Virus record (IMG/VR): IMGVR_UViG_3300007538_000020
Location: 30,982-94,981 of that record
DNA: 64,000 bases
Direction: 5' to 3' (one strand)
Origin: a virus
Below, piece after piece: positions 50,913 through 61,891 of the stretch. The notes below the pieces were generated by a model. That model did no database searches. It saw nothing but the letters and a program-made list of their open reading frames with translations, and was not told the DNA's origin. The translations under genes were made by a program, and so were the position numbers. The stretch's first letter is position 1, and each line of letters opens with the position of its first letter.

Positions 50913-52247
50913 TTAGATACTTACAAAAGGTAAATTAGCAGCTGATTGAATCCAAGGATTAAGTACAGCTTCCAATTGATTTTTAGTAGTAGTATCTGAA
51001 CTAGGAACCAATATAATTGTTTTCATTGGATTGTGACTTACTTCAGTTAAAGTAGTTTCCACATTAGTACCATGTTCTATAATATAAGCATCGTAGGTTT
51101 CTGTTTCTACTACATACTGAGGTTGTGGTATAACAGGATATTCTACTCGGTTAGTATGATAAGCTCTTTGACCATCAGTACCTTCGTAGTATATTTTCCA
51201 GAAACGACCACTACCTTCGCCTTCATCAGCAGCTTGAGACTCTTTTAAAAGTACAGTTGGATAGTTGAAACCAGCAGTTAAACCTAAATCTAAGTTTATT
51301 TTAACTTGTGGAACTCTATCGATGAAAGCAGTAGCTTCATCCAAAGAAAGGATAACTACAGCCTGAGTAGTAGCTACACCAGTACCAGCAGTTGTCAAAG
51401 CAGTAGGAACTATTCTTGAGCTTGAATCAATATCAGGAACATTAGCATCAGCTGCAATAGCATCTAAAGCGGCTTCCATAGCTGCTGTAATTATTACACC
51501 ATTGATACTAGTAGTACCAGCTGTAATACCAGCAATTGTAGTTGAACCAGCAGTAGCTGTAGTAGCGTCTGTATCAACAGCAAAAGCTACGAAATCTTCT
51601 TTACCTTTTCTGTTGTTAGTATTATGTAAAGTAGAATGTTTATTAATTTCTACTACCAAATTTTGTACTAAATGGTCTAAACTAGCAGAAGCTGAAAAAC
51701 CAAGAGTAGTATAATCAGGTGTTACATAATTAACACTCAAACCTTGACGACCTCTAGTAGAGTTTTCAAACTCTTTTCTACGTCCTTTTTGAGTAATCAA
51801 CAAAGAAAATTCAGTTTCATCAAGTGGTACGATAGCATCAGATTGACCCAAATCAGCACCAATAGTCCAAGCATTAAGAGTACCAGCTCTATAAGCTTTA
51901 CCTCTAAATACTTTTACACTTTTACCAGCTATTCTTGAAGCTTCATAAGTTCTAGGAAAAAAACCTTGAACACTTATAGTACTAGGACTAGATGATTGAG
52001 GAGTTCCTTGTGCTATAACAATTTCTGGAGATTCTTTAACAGTATCACCAGGGCTTATTGCAACATTAATAGCATTAGTACCATTACCAGTAGCATCAAA
52101 TACTCCTAGTTGACCATCAGCTAAATTTGTTACAAAAGTAGATTGATTAGTAAATCGGGTTGTACCGTCAGCAACAATTGCCTGACCTGTAGAACCATCT
52201 GTTTTTGCTACCAGGATTTTCTCAACTGGTCGTCTTGCATTTCTCAT
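50913..52247 (-). CDS. Auxiliary capsid / structural protein
   Basis: 444 aa with GEGSG; synteny downstream of the MCP. Confidence 0.55.
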   Translation of the reverse strand: MRNARRPVEKILVAKTDGSTGQAIVADGTTRFTNQSTFVTNLADGQLGVFDATGNGTNAINVAISPGDTVKESPEIVIAQGTPQSSSPSTISVQGFFPRTYEASRIAGKSVKVFRGKAYRAGTLNAWTIGADLGQSDAIVPLDETEFSLLITQKGRRKEFENSTRGRQGLSVNYVTPDYTTLGFSASASLDHLVQNLVVEINKHSTLHNTNNRKGKEDFVAFAVDTDATTATAGSTTIAGITAGTTSINGVIITAAMEAALDAIAADANVPDIDSSSRIVPTALTTAGTGVATTQAVVILSLDEATAFIDRVPQVKINLDLGLTAGFNYPTVLLKESQAADEGEGSGRFWKIYYEGTDGQRAYHTNRVEYPVIPQPQYVVETETYDAYIIEHGTNVETTLTEVSHNPMKTIILVPSSDTTTKNQLEAVLNPWIQSAANLPFVSI

Positions 52248-52276
52248 ATTGTATTTCTTTTAATTTGTTTAATTTT

Positions 52277-52984
52277 TTATTTATTTAATAATAAAGCTTG
52301 TTGTTTGAATTGAGTAAATTTAGGATCTTCAGCTATTAAAGAAGCTTTTAATACAGCTAAGTTAACTATTCTAGGATGTGTATGTTCAGGAAGATCACAT
52401 TCTACTTTAGTAGAACTACCTCTTAAGTTGTTACCATACGATCCTTTATTAATATAAGCTGGATCTTTAATATAATCTAAATATACTTGATCAATAGTAA
52501 AATCAGAACTTGAATATAAATATAATTTGTTATTAGTAGAAAAAACTGCTACAACCTGACCCCATAAATAATTTGGATTTTCTAAAGGATTGTTTAAAAC
52601 ATCCGTTAAATCATCATGTTGTATTATTTTAACATCTACTGTTTTACTTCCACAGTTATTAACTAAATCAGTTATTAAACACCTACTTCTAATTAAGTAT
52701 CTATATTTATAAGTTAGAGTAGATAAATCTACTTCATATATATTAGGACTTACTAAAGTAGGTGTTATTCCTGATTGTATCTCTGGAGATTTTATAACCA
52801 AACTTCTAATATCATCTATACTTCTTTGATTAATTTCAAAAGTACGATAAGTATTATCTACAAAATTTAAAATAGAATCATTTAATAACCAATCTATTTC
52901 GTTATCCTGAAAATCAGCTTTTTGTAGAGAATCTAATCTATCTACTTTAAATTTAAAATCATAGTGAAGTTCTTCAATGATCAT
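52277..52984 (-). CDS. Head-tail connector / ring protein
   Basis: EIDWLLN, YIKDP and CDLPEHTHPRIVNLAV motifs. Confidence 0.65.
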   Translation of the reverse strand: MIIEELHYDFKFKVDRLDSLQKADFQDNEIDWLLNDSILNFVDNTYRTFEINQRSIDDIRSLVIKSPEIQSGITPTLVSPNIYEVDLSTLTYKYRYLIRSRCLITDLVNNCGSKTVDVKIIQHDDLTDVLNNPLENPNYLWGQVVAVFSTNNKLYLYSSSDFTIDQVYLDYIKDPAYINKGSYGNNLRGSSTKVECDLPEHTHPRIVNLAVLKASLIAEDPKFTQFKQQALLLNK

Positions 52985-52986
52985 TA

Positions 52987-53982
52987 TTAGAATTTCATTT
53001 TAATTTTTAATTCGTTTGTTAATTCTTCTTGTTCTGGTTGTTTGTTAGGATCTATAAGAAAATCAATTGCTTCTTCTCTTCTATTTCCTATTACCATATT
53101 TTTATTAAACCAAGTATATGTTCCTTGTCTTACTCCTATAATTCTATAATAAATTAAATCTTCAAGTAAAGCAGCTGCTGTAATTTTTTCTTTTCCAGGT
53201 GCAGTTTGAAACTCTTTATACAAAAATATGAATTTTTCTACTGAATCTTTTTTACCTGTTTTAGATTTCTCTATAAATTCTGAAAGTAAATTATATGCTA
53301 CTTTATATGTTACTGTGCCTTTTGATAATTCCAAGTATTTAGCAAATTTAATAACCCATTCTTCTGTTAAATCTTCTGATGTTAAGAATCCTTTTGCTTT
53401 ATCAATTTGTTTACTTCTTTCGAATTTCAGACTTTCGTCTTCTCCTTCAAGAGAAATAAAGTGTGTTGCTCTAGGAAATTTATAATTAGCATAATCTTTC
53501 CATGAATTAGCTATTTTAGAAGATGCCAGTGCAATATAGTAAGCAATTTCATCATCAGGTTTATTAAGATCTAATACTGTAGCACCATCTTTTAATTTGA
53601 AACTAAAGGTATGGAAAAAAGGCATTTTATGTTCTGGAACTTTATGGTCTTCTTTCCTAGGAGCCATCGGACTATAAAAGTTTATTGGCTTTTGATGTTT
53701 AATTTCCAATAAATGTTGTCTAAGTATTTTATCTTTTCCTTTTACTACTTTTTCAAATTCAGGAGGATAATTACTATCTTCATTATTATAAGGGTTTTCT
53801 ACATATTCATCTAACCCTGTTGATAATCTTCCTGTTCCAGAATTATATAATGCTTGTAAACCATCATAAGTATTTCTACCTATTTTAGTTTTATTCATTT
53901 TAATTTTGGAAGTATCATTTTTAAATTCGCTTACTTTTGATGCCGTATCCCTTGGAATAGGTTTTATAAAAACTTTTGTCAT
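52987..53982 (-). CDS. Conserved crAss-like protein downstream of the MCP
   Basis: LDLNKPDDEIAY and KIANS motifs; synteny. Confidence 0.55.
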   Translation of the reverse strand: MTKVFIKPIPRDTASKVSEFKNDTSKIKMNKTKIGRNTYDGLQALYNSGTGRLSTGLDEYVENPYNNEDSNYPPEFEKVVKGKDKILRQHLLEIKHQKPINFYSPMAPRKEDHKVPEHKMPFFHTFSFKLKDGATVLDLNKPDDEIAYYIALASSKIANSWKDYANYKFPRATHFISLEGEDESLKFERSKQIDKAKGFLTSEDLTEEWVIKFAKYLELSKGTVTYKVAYNLLSEFIEKSKTGKKDSVEKFIFLYKEFQTAPGKEKITAAALLEDLIYYRIIGVRQGTYTWFNKNMVIGNRREEAIDFLIDPNKQPEQEELTNELKIKMKF

Positions 53983-54040
53983 GTTGTTCCTTATAAGGTT
54001 TTAAAACTTATATAAGTATTTTCAATTTGTTAAAAAAATA

Positions 54041-55486
54041 TTAGTTAACTTCCATTATGATTTCACCACAACGAGTCACATCTTTAATCCATATACCAGC
54101 AGTACCTTCACAGAATGAAGTGTAACCAGCTACCATTGAACTTGTTGCACCACCTTTAACTGGACCCATAGGAGTAACAGTACCAGGGATGTAACCATGA
54201 CGCATTGTATCTTTAACTTGTAACCATTGGATGTTAGATTCGCCTTCTGATGTACCAAAATCAAGGAAAGTAAAACGAGCTGAATCTATAGGGAAATTAG
54301 TATAGATAGGGTGAGTTACTTTACAGTATTTGAAATCATCATACATAGGGTCTTTAATAACTGTTACTTCGATACCTTCTGGACCTTGATAGTGGGTGAA
54401 CTGAGCACCATAAGACAAGTGTCTTGGGTTTTTGCTAAGTTGAGTTACATAGTTAGTATCAACAGTCAAGAATGAACTAGCTGAAGCAGCTAACATATCA
54501 TGGAAAATCATAGAACCAAGTGTACCTGTAATAGCTACAACTTTACGATCTGATTCATTCACCCTAGCCATCAATATATTCATCAAGTAATCTTTCAGAC
54601 GAGATTCAGTCAATACACCATTGTAGTATTCAATGAAAGAATCTTTCATTTGTTGACGAACACCAGGCCCTGTTTTAATCCAGTAATTACCTTTACCTGG
54701 TTTAGTACTTTTTGTACCATATTTACATTGGGCTTCCATAGAAGTGTACAACTCATCTTTGATTTTGGCTTCAGCCATAGGGATGAATTTTTCACCTTTA
54801 TTTTTACCAACAGAGTAAGGGATACCCAAACGACCTTGTTCTCTAAGAGCTTTATCGCTAACTTTTAAAGATTGAGCAAAAGCAGATACTTGAGATTCAA
54901 GTTCGAATACAGGGCTACCGAAATAAGTAGTACCGAATTCATCGTTCAATTCAGATTGAACTGAAGTCCATACTTTAGAAAATTCTGAACCTACTTGAAG
55001 CAAATCACCAGGTAAGTATGCTGTAGGATCATCTGTTTCCAATCTAACAATATAGATGTAACCAGAGTTGTCATGAACAGGACCTTCTAATACACGAAGA
55101 GAATATTCATTGTTTTCTGGCATCAATACGTCAGGAGCTTGAAACCAACCTTCATCCAACTTAATTTTAAATGGTTCACCATTTAAACCAGGAGTAGCAT
55201 TACCAGACTCAAGGTTTTGAACTACTCTTACAGATTTTTCTTCAGCACCTGCAAGTTTCCAACGATAAACTTCGTTATCGATTACTTTAACAGCGCCTTT
55301 AGCTAGGGTCATACCCATTAATGATTTAGTAGAAAATCTTTCACTAGAACTGAATATCTTACCCATAACTCCTTCGAAGATGTGAGGTTTACCCGCATCA
55401 TAAGAATTAACAAGATAATCAGAGTCTATAAAGTTTCCTCCGAAACCATCATATTGTCTCAATTTAATTTGACTTGTTTTAGACAT
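54041..55486 (-). CDS. Major capsid protein (HK97 fold, crAss-like)
   Basis: 481 aa after portal and scaffold; YRWKL, TGPGVRQQ, TGTLG, DPMYDD and GIWIKDVTR motifs; high-expression codon bias. Confidence 0.85.
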   Translation of the reverse strand: MSKTSQIKLRQYDGFGGNFIDSDYLVNSYDAGKPHIFEGVMGKIFSSSERFSTKSLMGMTLAKGAVKVIDNEVYRWKLAGAEEKSVRVVQNLESGNATPGLNGEPFKIKLDEGWFQAPDVLMPENNEYSLRVLEGPVHDNSGYIYIVRLETDDPTAYLPGDLLQVGSEFSKVWTSVQSELNDEFGTTYFGSPVFELESQVSAFAQSLKVSDKALREQGRLGIPYSVGKNKGEKFIPMAEAKIKDELYTSMEAQCKYGTKSTKPGKGNYWIKTGPGVRQQMKDSFIEYYNGVLTESRLKDYLMNILMARVNESDRKVVAITGTLGSMIFHDMLAASASSFLTVDTNYVTQLSKNPRHLSYGAQFTHYQGPEGIEVTVIKDPMYDDFKYCKVTHPIYTNFPIDSARFTFLDFGTSEGESNIQWLQVKDTMRHGYIPGTVTPMGPVKGGATSSMVAGYTSFCEGTAGIWIKDVTRCGEIIMEVN

Positions 55487-55515
55487 TTATAATAGTATTT
55501 TTGTTAAATAATTTA

Positions 55516-56634
55516 TTATTTTAATAGGAATTCTCCTTTTGTGATATCAATATCACTTCTAGAACTTCTTTCTGTTCTACCTGAAGGAGTGTTTTTTGTT
55601 TTGTTATTTCTTCTTATTTTATCAAAAAATTTAGAATTGGATTTCTTTTCTATTTCTTTTTCTATTTTTTGAGTATCAAAATCTTTCATCAAGAAAGTAC
55701 CTAATACAACAAATTTTTCAGGATCAGATAAATATTGTTGTAATTTATAATCAAAACTTAACATTACTTGATTATTTCCAACTTTAACTTTTTCCTGTAA
55801 AAAGTTTTTAAATTTAGCTTTTTCTTCTTTAGTAAATTCTACATTACCTATTTTAGTTGTAGAATTTATAGTATTCATTAATTTTTCGTAATTCTCTTTT
55901 TCTTTCTGTTTTTCTAATTCTCTCTGAGCTTTTACTTCTTTCTCAAAATTCTCTTTTCTTTTCTCGTATATACTTTTTAATTCAGGTAAAGCTTCTTTTG
56001 CTTCTTCTTCATCTTCTCCTAAATCTATAATTCTACTTACGTTCTTTTGTATCTTAGCTTCAGAGAATCCTTTTTCTTTATACAGTAAAGTTAATATTTG
56101 TTTTCTTTGTTCTGGATCTTCTAAATCTACATCATCTAAACTAACTTCAGAAGTATATTTTTTGTAGTTTTCTATATCCGTTCCACCAGAAAGCAAATAA
56201 TTAGCTAATTCTTTTGTTTCGTCTGGAATATTTTCTAGTATAGAATTATAAGCTAAACTTTTTAAATTTTCAAAAGAGTCTTGTATTGCTTTTTCAAACC
56301 CTTCTTCAGTATTTTCAAAATTATAATCTTCTGGTAAGATTATAATACCTTTCTCTTTTAGATAATTAAAGCTATCTGTTAAAACATCAAATTCTTCTGA
56401 TTCTTCTGATTCTTCATCAGTTGAACTTTCTTCTTGTTCTTCATCCTCTTCGTTATCTTGTTCATCTTCCTGATCAGTATCTTGATCTTTAAACGATTCT
56501 TCATCAGAATCCTGTACATCATCTTCATTATTATCAGAGTCGTTAGGATCATCAGAAAGCTCATCATCTTTTACTTCCAATTCATCGTTTTCGAATTCAA
56601 AGAACTCAAATTCATCTTGGTTATTGTTACTCAT
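55516..56634 (-). CDS. Scaffolding protein (putative)
   Basis: Highly acidic N-terminus, coiled coil, located between portal and MCP. Confidence 0.65.
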   Translation of the reverse strand: MSNNNQDEFEFFEFENDELEVKDDELSDDPNDSDNNEDDVQDSDEESFKDQDTDQEDEQDNEEDEEQEESSTDEESEESEEFDVLTDSFNYLKEKGIIILPEDYNFENTEEGFEKAIQDSFENLKSLAYNSILENIPDETKELANYLLSGGTDIENYKKYTSEVSLDDVDLEDPEQRKQILTLLYKEKGFSEAKIQKNVSRIIDLGEDEEEAKEALPELKSIYEKRKENFEKEVKAQRELEKQKEKENYEKLMNTINSTTKIGNVEFTKEEKAKFKNFLQEKVKVGNNQVMLSFDYKLQQYLSDPEKFVVLGTFLMKDFDTQKIEKEIEKKSNSKFFDKIRRNNKTKNTPSGRTERSSRSDIDITKGEFLLK

Positions 56635-56639
56635 TGTTG

Positions 56640-56670
56640 CAAAGTTAATAAAAAAATATTTGTTTTCAAA
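56640..56670 (-). promoter_or_regulatory. Bacteroidota primary-sigma promoter of the scaffold/MCP operon
   Basis: TTTG-19 nt-TAACTTTG, 5 nt before the ATG. Confidence 0.8.
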
Positions 56671-56719
56671 ATCAATTTTAATATAATATCAGCTATTATA
56701 TAGCTAAAGTAGTAATATT

Positions 56720-59191
56720 TTATTTCTTACTATCTATCTCTTTATTTGTCTTATTTTCTTTAGCTATTTTAAGATTAGTATCAGCTACATATTTTTTAGT
56801 TTTTTCCTGATTATCTGATATTTGTTTTTTAATTTGTAATTCTTTTTCTTTTAATTGTGTGTCATTAGCCGTTTTAATACTATCTAACATATTAGAAGCT
56901 TCTTGTGTTGCTAAATCTACAGTACTATCACCAGCTATATCAGAAGTAACTATACTTGTATCTGATTGTAATTTAGCTATTAATATCTTAGTTTGATTAG
57001 TAGTATCTGTTTTGTATTTGTCTAATAACATTTTCTGTTCTTCTAATTCTTTTTTAAGTTGCTCTACTTGAACTAAAGCTTCTCTATCTTGTTGTTGTTG
57101 TAATTGTTGTAGTTTTTCTTTTTTCTTTTCATAAGAAACTAGCTCTCTTTCTAAATCTTCTAAACTTACTTTTTTAAATATTTTCAATATATCACTCAAT
57201 CTTCCTTGATTCTGAAGTATTGGTAAAGCTAATTGACTTAATTGATTATATATCTCATGTTCTTTAGAAGAAAACTTAATAAACACACCCATATCCTGAT
57301 ATGATATTTCTCCTGGTTCTAATTCTATTAAACCTCTTGAAGAATCATCAAGAATATATTGCATAAATTCACCTTCTTCTTCATAACTATATTGAATAAC
57401 ATTCAATAAAGAATTTAAAACTTGTTCCCATAGAGTTTCGTGTATAACAAATAAAGGTTCTGTTACTTGAGAAGATTGTATTATTTCCTGATTAGTGTTA
57501 CCTACAGCCTGAGTAGTTTTAATCCTACCTAATCTTGCTTCAGATAAACCTGATATAGAAGCTATTTTTTGTTCTAATGCACCTATAATATTTATATAAT
57601 TAGATATAAATTGAGCATTAGACATATCATAAGTAGCTCCACTAATAGCTCCTCTGTTAGCAGCTAAAGGATTATCAGAGTTTTCTAATGAGTTATAAAT
57701 ATAGAAATCCTGATTCTTAAAATAATATAATGTTTTATCTATACCTGTTTTTCTATCTATTCTTGAAACATCAATTGGTATTTTTTTACCACTATCCTGA
57801 GCTATGAGTTTCTTTAATTTATTAATAACTACAAGTAATAGATAAAAGTAAGGTTTTATTCTATCCATCATAGAAACAGCAGGAGCATTTGTATTAGAAT
57901 AAACTACACCATGATATCCTAATTTAACTTCGTATGGATCTGAATAAGGAGCAAATTGAATATCTTTAGGACGCATATTAATATAGATATCTGTATTAAT
58001 TCTTGTACCTTCCCATATTTCAGGAATCCATTCCCATTCAATACTTTCTCCTAAAAATTTATTTGGTTTATAAGATTCATCTACTATGTCAACTATAGTT
58101 TCATTTGTCAAAGGATCTGTATAAGTCAATTTACCTACTTTTCTTTCACTTCTCCATTCTACATGATATTCTTCAATATCATCTTCATCTGAATAACCAT
58201 AATTACCTTCGTATTCATCTTCATTTAAAACTGAATTTCTACCTAAATATTTAAGTTCTATATTTTGAAAATCATATTCCATTTTCTTACCAGGAGTACT
58301 ACTTACTCCATACATCCCTGGTCTTAATTCTAATAACCTATTTATTTGATCTTCAGTTAAATCATTTCTATATCTATCTAATATATCTCCTATATTTCTT
58401 CTTGTTCTATAACCAGCATATAAACTGTCTTGAACAAACAGAGTATCTTGAGACTTATGGTAAAATACTCCAAGAGGATTTAATACTTCTATATGAGGTT
58501 TACCTTTTTTAATACCTACCCATACAAACTCTTCACCAGCTAATAGACCATGTTTAAATCCATGATTTTTCTTTAACCTTAAATTTAATTTGTAAGTATA
58601 AGCTTTTAATAATTTATTAGCTTTTATTTCCTGAGCTGTTAAATATTCAGTAGAAACATATTTATCTACTTCTTCAGGATCCATTATTTGATCTAATTCT
58701 TGCTGTAAAGCTTCAGGATTTTTTTCAAGTTCAGGATTCTGTTCAATTAACATTGAAGTAAAAGTCTGTAATTCTTTTTGAAAGTTATACGTTAACCATT
58801 GCTTATACATCTGAGTTTTGTATAATTCTTTCTCTTTAATACCTTCTGAATTAACAAGAATAGCTTTATAGTTAAAGTCTTTCTTCCATTCTTCTCCTAG
58901 TAACCTATTTATAATAGTATAAGCTTCATTATAAGAATCTATCTTATCTTCTGCTTGTCCTAAATCAAAACCAAGAGGATTTAACTCTTGTTTAAAATCA
59001 TTTTGATCAAGAATATTATTATACAGTTTATAGTTAGTTAGTTTTCTATAATAATCTGTATTAGAGCTTTTACCTGCTCTAGTAGAATCATTAGCATTAT
59101 CAATTATGTTATCGATTGTTTCTTTAACAAATTGATAATCATTTTTTACTTTTTCTTTATATGATAATCGTTGACTTGGTATGTTTGCCAT
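56720..59191 (-). CDS. Portal protein
   Basis: 823 aa following TerL; IPSQRL, LLGEE, WRSERKVG, WIPEIWEGTRI and SGLSEARLG motifs. Confidence 0.88.
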   Translation of the reverse strand: MANIPSQRLSYKEKVKNDYQFVKETIDNIIDNANDSTRAGKSSNTDYYRKLTNYKLYNNILDQNDFKQELNPLGFDLGQAEDKIDSYNEAYTIINRLLGEEWKKDFNYKAILVNSEGIKEKELYKTQMYKQWLTYNFQKELQTFTSMLIEQNPELEKNPEALQQELDQIMDPEEVDKYVSTEYLTAQEIKANKLLKAYTYKLNLRLKKNHGFKHGLLAGEEFVWVGIKKGKPHIEVLNPLGVFYHKSQDTLFVQDSLYAGYRTRRNIGDILDRYRNDLTEDQINRLLELRPGMYGVSSTPGKKMEYDFQNIELKYLGRNSVLNEDEYEGNYGYSDEDDIEEYHVEWRSERKVGKLTYTDPLTNETIVDIVDESYKPNKFLGESIEWEWIPEIWEGTRINTDIYINMRPKDIQFAPYSDPYEVKLGYHGVVYSNTNAPAVSMMDRIKPYFYLLLVVINKLKKLIAQDSGKKIPIDVSRIDRKTGIDKTLYYFKNQDFYIYNSLENSDNPLAANRGAISGATYDMSNAQFISNYINIIGALEQKIASISGLSEARLGRIKTTQAVGNTNQEIIQSSQVTEPLFVIHETLWEQVLNSLLNVIQYSYEEEGEFMQYILDDSSRGLIELEPGEISYQDMGVFIKFSSKEHEIYNQLSQLALPILQNQGRLSDILKIFKKVSLEDLERELVSYEKKKEKLQQLQQQQDREALVQVEQLKKELEEQKMLLDKYKTDTTNQTKILIAKLQSDTSIVTSDIAGDSTVDLATQEASNMLDSIKTANDTQLKEKELQIKKQISDNQEKTKKYVADTNLKIAKENKTNKEIDSKK

Positions 59192-61373
59192 TTGGGAATA
59201 AATTTTTATTATTATTTAAAAAATCCATTACGTGAGTAGCGTCTTCTTTTTCTTTTTCAAACTCATTAAACTTAGCTCTTAAACCAATTATACATCCCAT
59301 AAAGGACATCACAGCATCAAAGTTACCATCACTATTATACATTATTAATTGTTTAAGAAGAAACCTGGATTTTATTTTATGAACTTTTAATACGTTTTTA
59401 TTTTCATCACTTTCTCCAACTGACTCTTTAAGCCAATCAGATAAGTATCTTTCTGAATTTTGTTTTATATATTTATTACTCATAGGATATCCATACACAT
59501 TATTACTTTTAGAATAAGTATTACCTTTATTTAAAGTAGATTTTGGTTGGATAGCAAGAGCAATTAGTTTTTTCTTTTTCTCAAAGTAATCTTTTGTATT
59601 ACCAACTTCGTTTTCGAAATAAATAGAACCAGAAGGAGAACCATACATCATCCATAACTTTTCTAATATTTCATTAACTACGTTCATACCATTAGCTGGT
59701 CTTCCTATATATTCAGCTACTATTTCTTCTCCTCCATGAGTAGAGAAATATTTAGAATTTTTAAATACATATATAGCACCTAAAGAGTCTCCTGATTCAT
59801 CTTTTCTATAAGTATCATAGGAAAAGATGTACATATCATTAGGAACTTCTCCATCTATTTCTATTGGAAATTCGTATATTATAACAGCACCTTCTAAATT
59901 AGATTTATCTTTTAAAGGGAATTCTGTTATAGGTTTTAATTTATTCTCTGTATCAACTCTATAGTTAACTCCTGTTTTTGAATTAGGATCAAAGAATAAT
60001 TCAACTACTGTTTCTAAAGCTTTATAATTATGATTACTTTCTAATTCAGCTAATGTATTCTGAGCTTCTATAACTGGAAAATCGTTATAATTACTCATCA
60101 AAAACATTTCTGATGGTTTAATAGGGTTATATTGTATATAAGAATTTAAAGCAGAAGAAGATATTTTAGCTAATCTTTCTCTTTCTTTTTCTTCTGATCT
60201 TAGAGCTAATTCTAGATTAGTAACTCCTTTATTATCTTTATACTGAGGTTTACCTTTTGTAGCAGGTAAGTAATACCCTATTTTACCTCTATTTTCTATA
60301 TCGTCTACAAAAGCTAATATATTATAAGCATCTGGATCATAATACATTTTCTTTATATCTGCAGTACCACCACCCATCATATCACCACCTGTACCAAGAT
60401 ATAAACAAGAACCAAACTTATATGTACCATTCTTCATGGTTTCAGCATCCGCTTCCCATGTTTGTAATAAGTTATTAAACATACCAACCTCTTCCTTAAC
60501 CATAACAGAAGGACGAGTACCTTGTGAAGCAAATGGATTATCACCGTAGGTTCTATGTTTTATAGTAGAACCAGAACCAGAATCCATCCATTTATTACCA
60601 ACTTTTTTCTTATATTTTTGTATTATTTCTTTAGATGGTTCCCAAGAACCACTATATTGTTTATAAAGAGGAGAAGGATAATATATATCATTTATCATTA
60701 TTCCTCCTGGTAAATTATCATAAGATATTTTAACCTTTTTTAATAAATCTTTAGAATATTTAGCATCATGAGCACCTACTACAATTTCAATTTGGTTTGG
60801 ATTTTTAATACTTTCTTCTGTATATTCTTTAGCTCCATCAAATAAAAACTCATGTAATACAACACCATTAGCAACCCAATATGATTTACCAGGTCCCCTA
60901 TTAGCCATTAAAACAAAATCCTTAGCTTCATTAAGATATAAAGGTTTTCCTAGATCTACATTTGGAGTTTGTAATAACTCTCTAATATTAGGTATATTTT
61001 TTCTAATACCTTTTTCTTCTTCTTCAGTTACAATAGGTTGTCCATATAAATCTAACAATTGACTAACAGGTTTCTGTTTAGAAAAACCTGTTAAACCTCT
61101 TGCTTCTAACCAATAATAACTTACTTCTTCTAAGAAATCAAAGTATAATGGTCTTCCTGGTGTTTTTGTTTTAGAAGTTCTTCCTTTATTTAAAAGTATA
61201 GTTCCAAAATTTAAATAAAAGTAAAGGATAGGGGGACACCATTTACCCCCTACCCAATATCCTTCTATACATCTTTTCTTTTGTTCTTTCCAATACTCTA
61301 TATACTCATAGGAATGAGGATGTAATTTAGGTATTTCTGTTTCTATAAATAATTCTGGATTTATATAATGCAT
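59157..61373 (-). CDS. terL: Terminase large subunit
   Basis: YFYLNF, Walker A RGPGKS, Walker B KEEVG, GTGG; RNase H-like SYDTY, FENE and GNFDAVM. Confidence 0.92.
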   Translation of the reverse strand: MHYINPELFIETEIPKLHPHSYEYIEYWKEQKKRCIEGYWVGGKWCPPILYFYLNFGTILLNKGRTSKTKTPGRPLYFDFLEEVSYYWLEARGLTGFSKQKPVSQLLDLYGQPIVTEEEEKGIRKNIPNIRELLQTPNVDLGKPLYLNEAKDFVLMANRGPGKSYWVANGVVLHEFLFDGAKEYTEESIKNPNQIEIVVGAHDAKYSKDLLKKVKISYDNLPGGIMINDIYYPSPLYKQYSGSWEPSKEIIQKYKKKVGNKWMDSGSGSTIKHRTYGDNPFASQGTRPSVMVKEEVGMFNNLLQTWEADAETMKNGTYKFGSCLYLGTGGDMMGGGTADIKKMYYDPDAYNILAFVDDIENRGKIGYYLPATKGKPQYKDNKGVTNLELALRSEEKERERLAKISSSALNSYIQYNPIKPSEMFLMSNYNDFPVIEAQNTLAELESNHNYKALETVVELFFDPNSKTGVNYRVDTENKLKPITEFPLKDKSNLEGAVIIYEFPIEIDGEVPNDMYIFSYDTYRKDESGDSLGAIYVFKNSKYFSTHGGEEIVAEYIGRPANGMNVVNEILEKLWMMYGSPSGSIYFENEVGNTKDYFEKKKKLIALAIQPKSTLNKGNTYSKSNNVYGYPMSNKYIKQNSERYLSDWLKESVGESDENKNVLKVHKIKSRFLLKQLIMYNSDGNFDAVMSFMGCIIGLRAKFNEFEKEKEDATHVMDFLNNNKNLFPNGKHTKSTIII

Positions 61374-61891
61374 TATATTATACCTTTTTCAGATAAAGAT
61401 TCTTCAGCTCCACCTTTAACAACAGAATTATCTTCAGATTCTAATTGTTTCTGAGTTTGAAGATATAAATTCCATATTTTATCAGTTTCTTTTAACATTT
61501 TATCTAACATTTCAAATGTATCTTCATTATAAGATAAATTCTTTATAAATTCAGATCTTTCTTCTAGTTTTTCTTCCCATTGTTTTAATAGCTTTTGAGC
61601 TTTAGAAAGATTCAATCTCTCATATTCGTTTATAAGATAACTAATTTCTTCCCATTTGAACTCTTTATCCTTTAAATAATCACTAGCTATTAGTAGTTTT
61701 TTATCTGATGCAGAGAGGTTAACATATGGTGAACTCTTATGCAATAATAAGGATATTGCCCACATAATAAGAGAAGAATCCTTTTTATTTTTAGACTTAT
61801 CATTTTTATAAAATTTATTAAATACTTCTGGTATTTTACAATTAGGGTTAGCTTGCCAGAAGTTTAAATCTGTATTAAACGTCTCTATCAT
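61373..61891 (-). CDS. Hypothetical protein (terminase small subunit candidate)
   Basis: Helical, directly upstream of TerL, C-terminal VKGGAEES. Confidence 0.45.
   Translation of the reverse strand: MIETFNTDLNFWQANPNCKIPEVFNKFYKNDKSKNKKDSSLIMWAISLLLHKSSPYVNLSASDKKLLIASDYLKDKEFKWEEISYLINEYERLNLSKAQKLLKQWEEKLEERSEFIKNLSYNEDTFEMLDKMLKETDKIWNLYLQTQKQLESEDNSVVKGGAEESLSEKGII

Noticed and set aside
54041-55486. Higher GC in the MCP gene as a sign of horizontal transfer
   Set aside because: Better explained by high-expression codon bias in a syntenic core gene; no junction scars are seen.
25003-56703. Short plus-strand ORFs within the structural arm
   Set aside because: They are antisense shadows of low-complexity coding sequence.
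59157-61373. Intein or intron in terL
   Set aside because: The ORF is continuous, of ordinary size, with no intein splice motifs or LAGLIDADG blocks seen.
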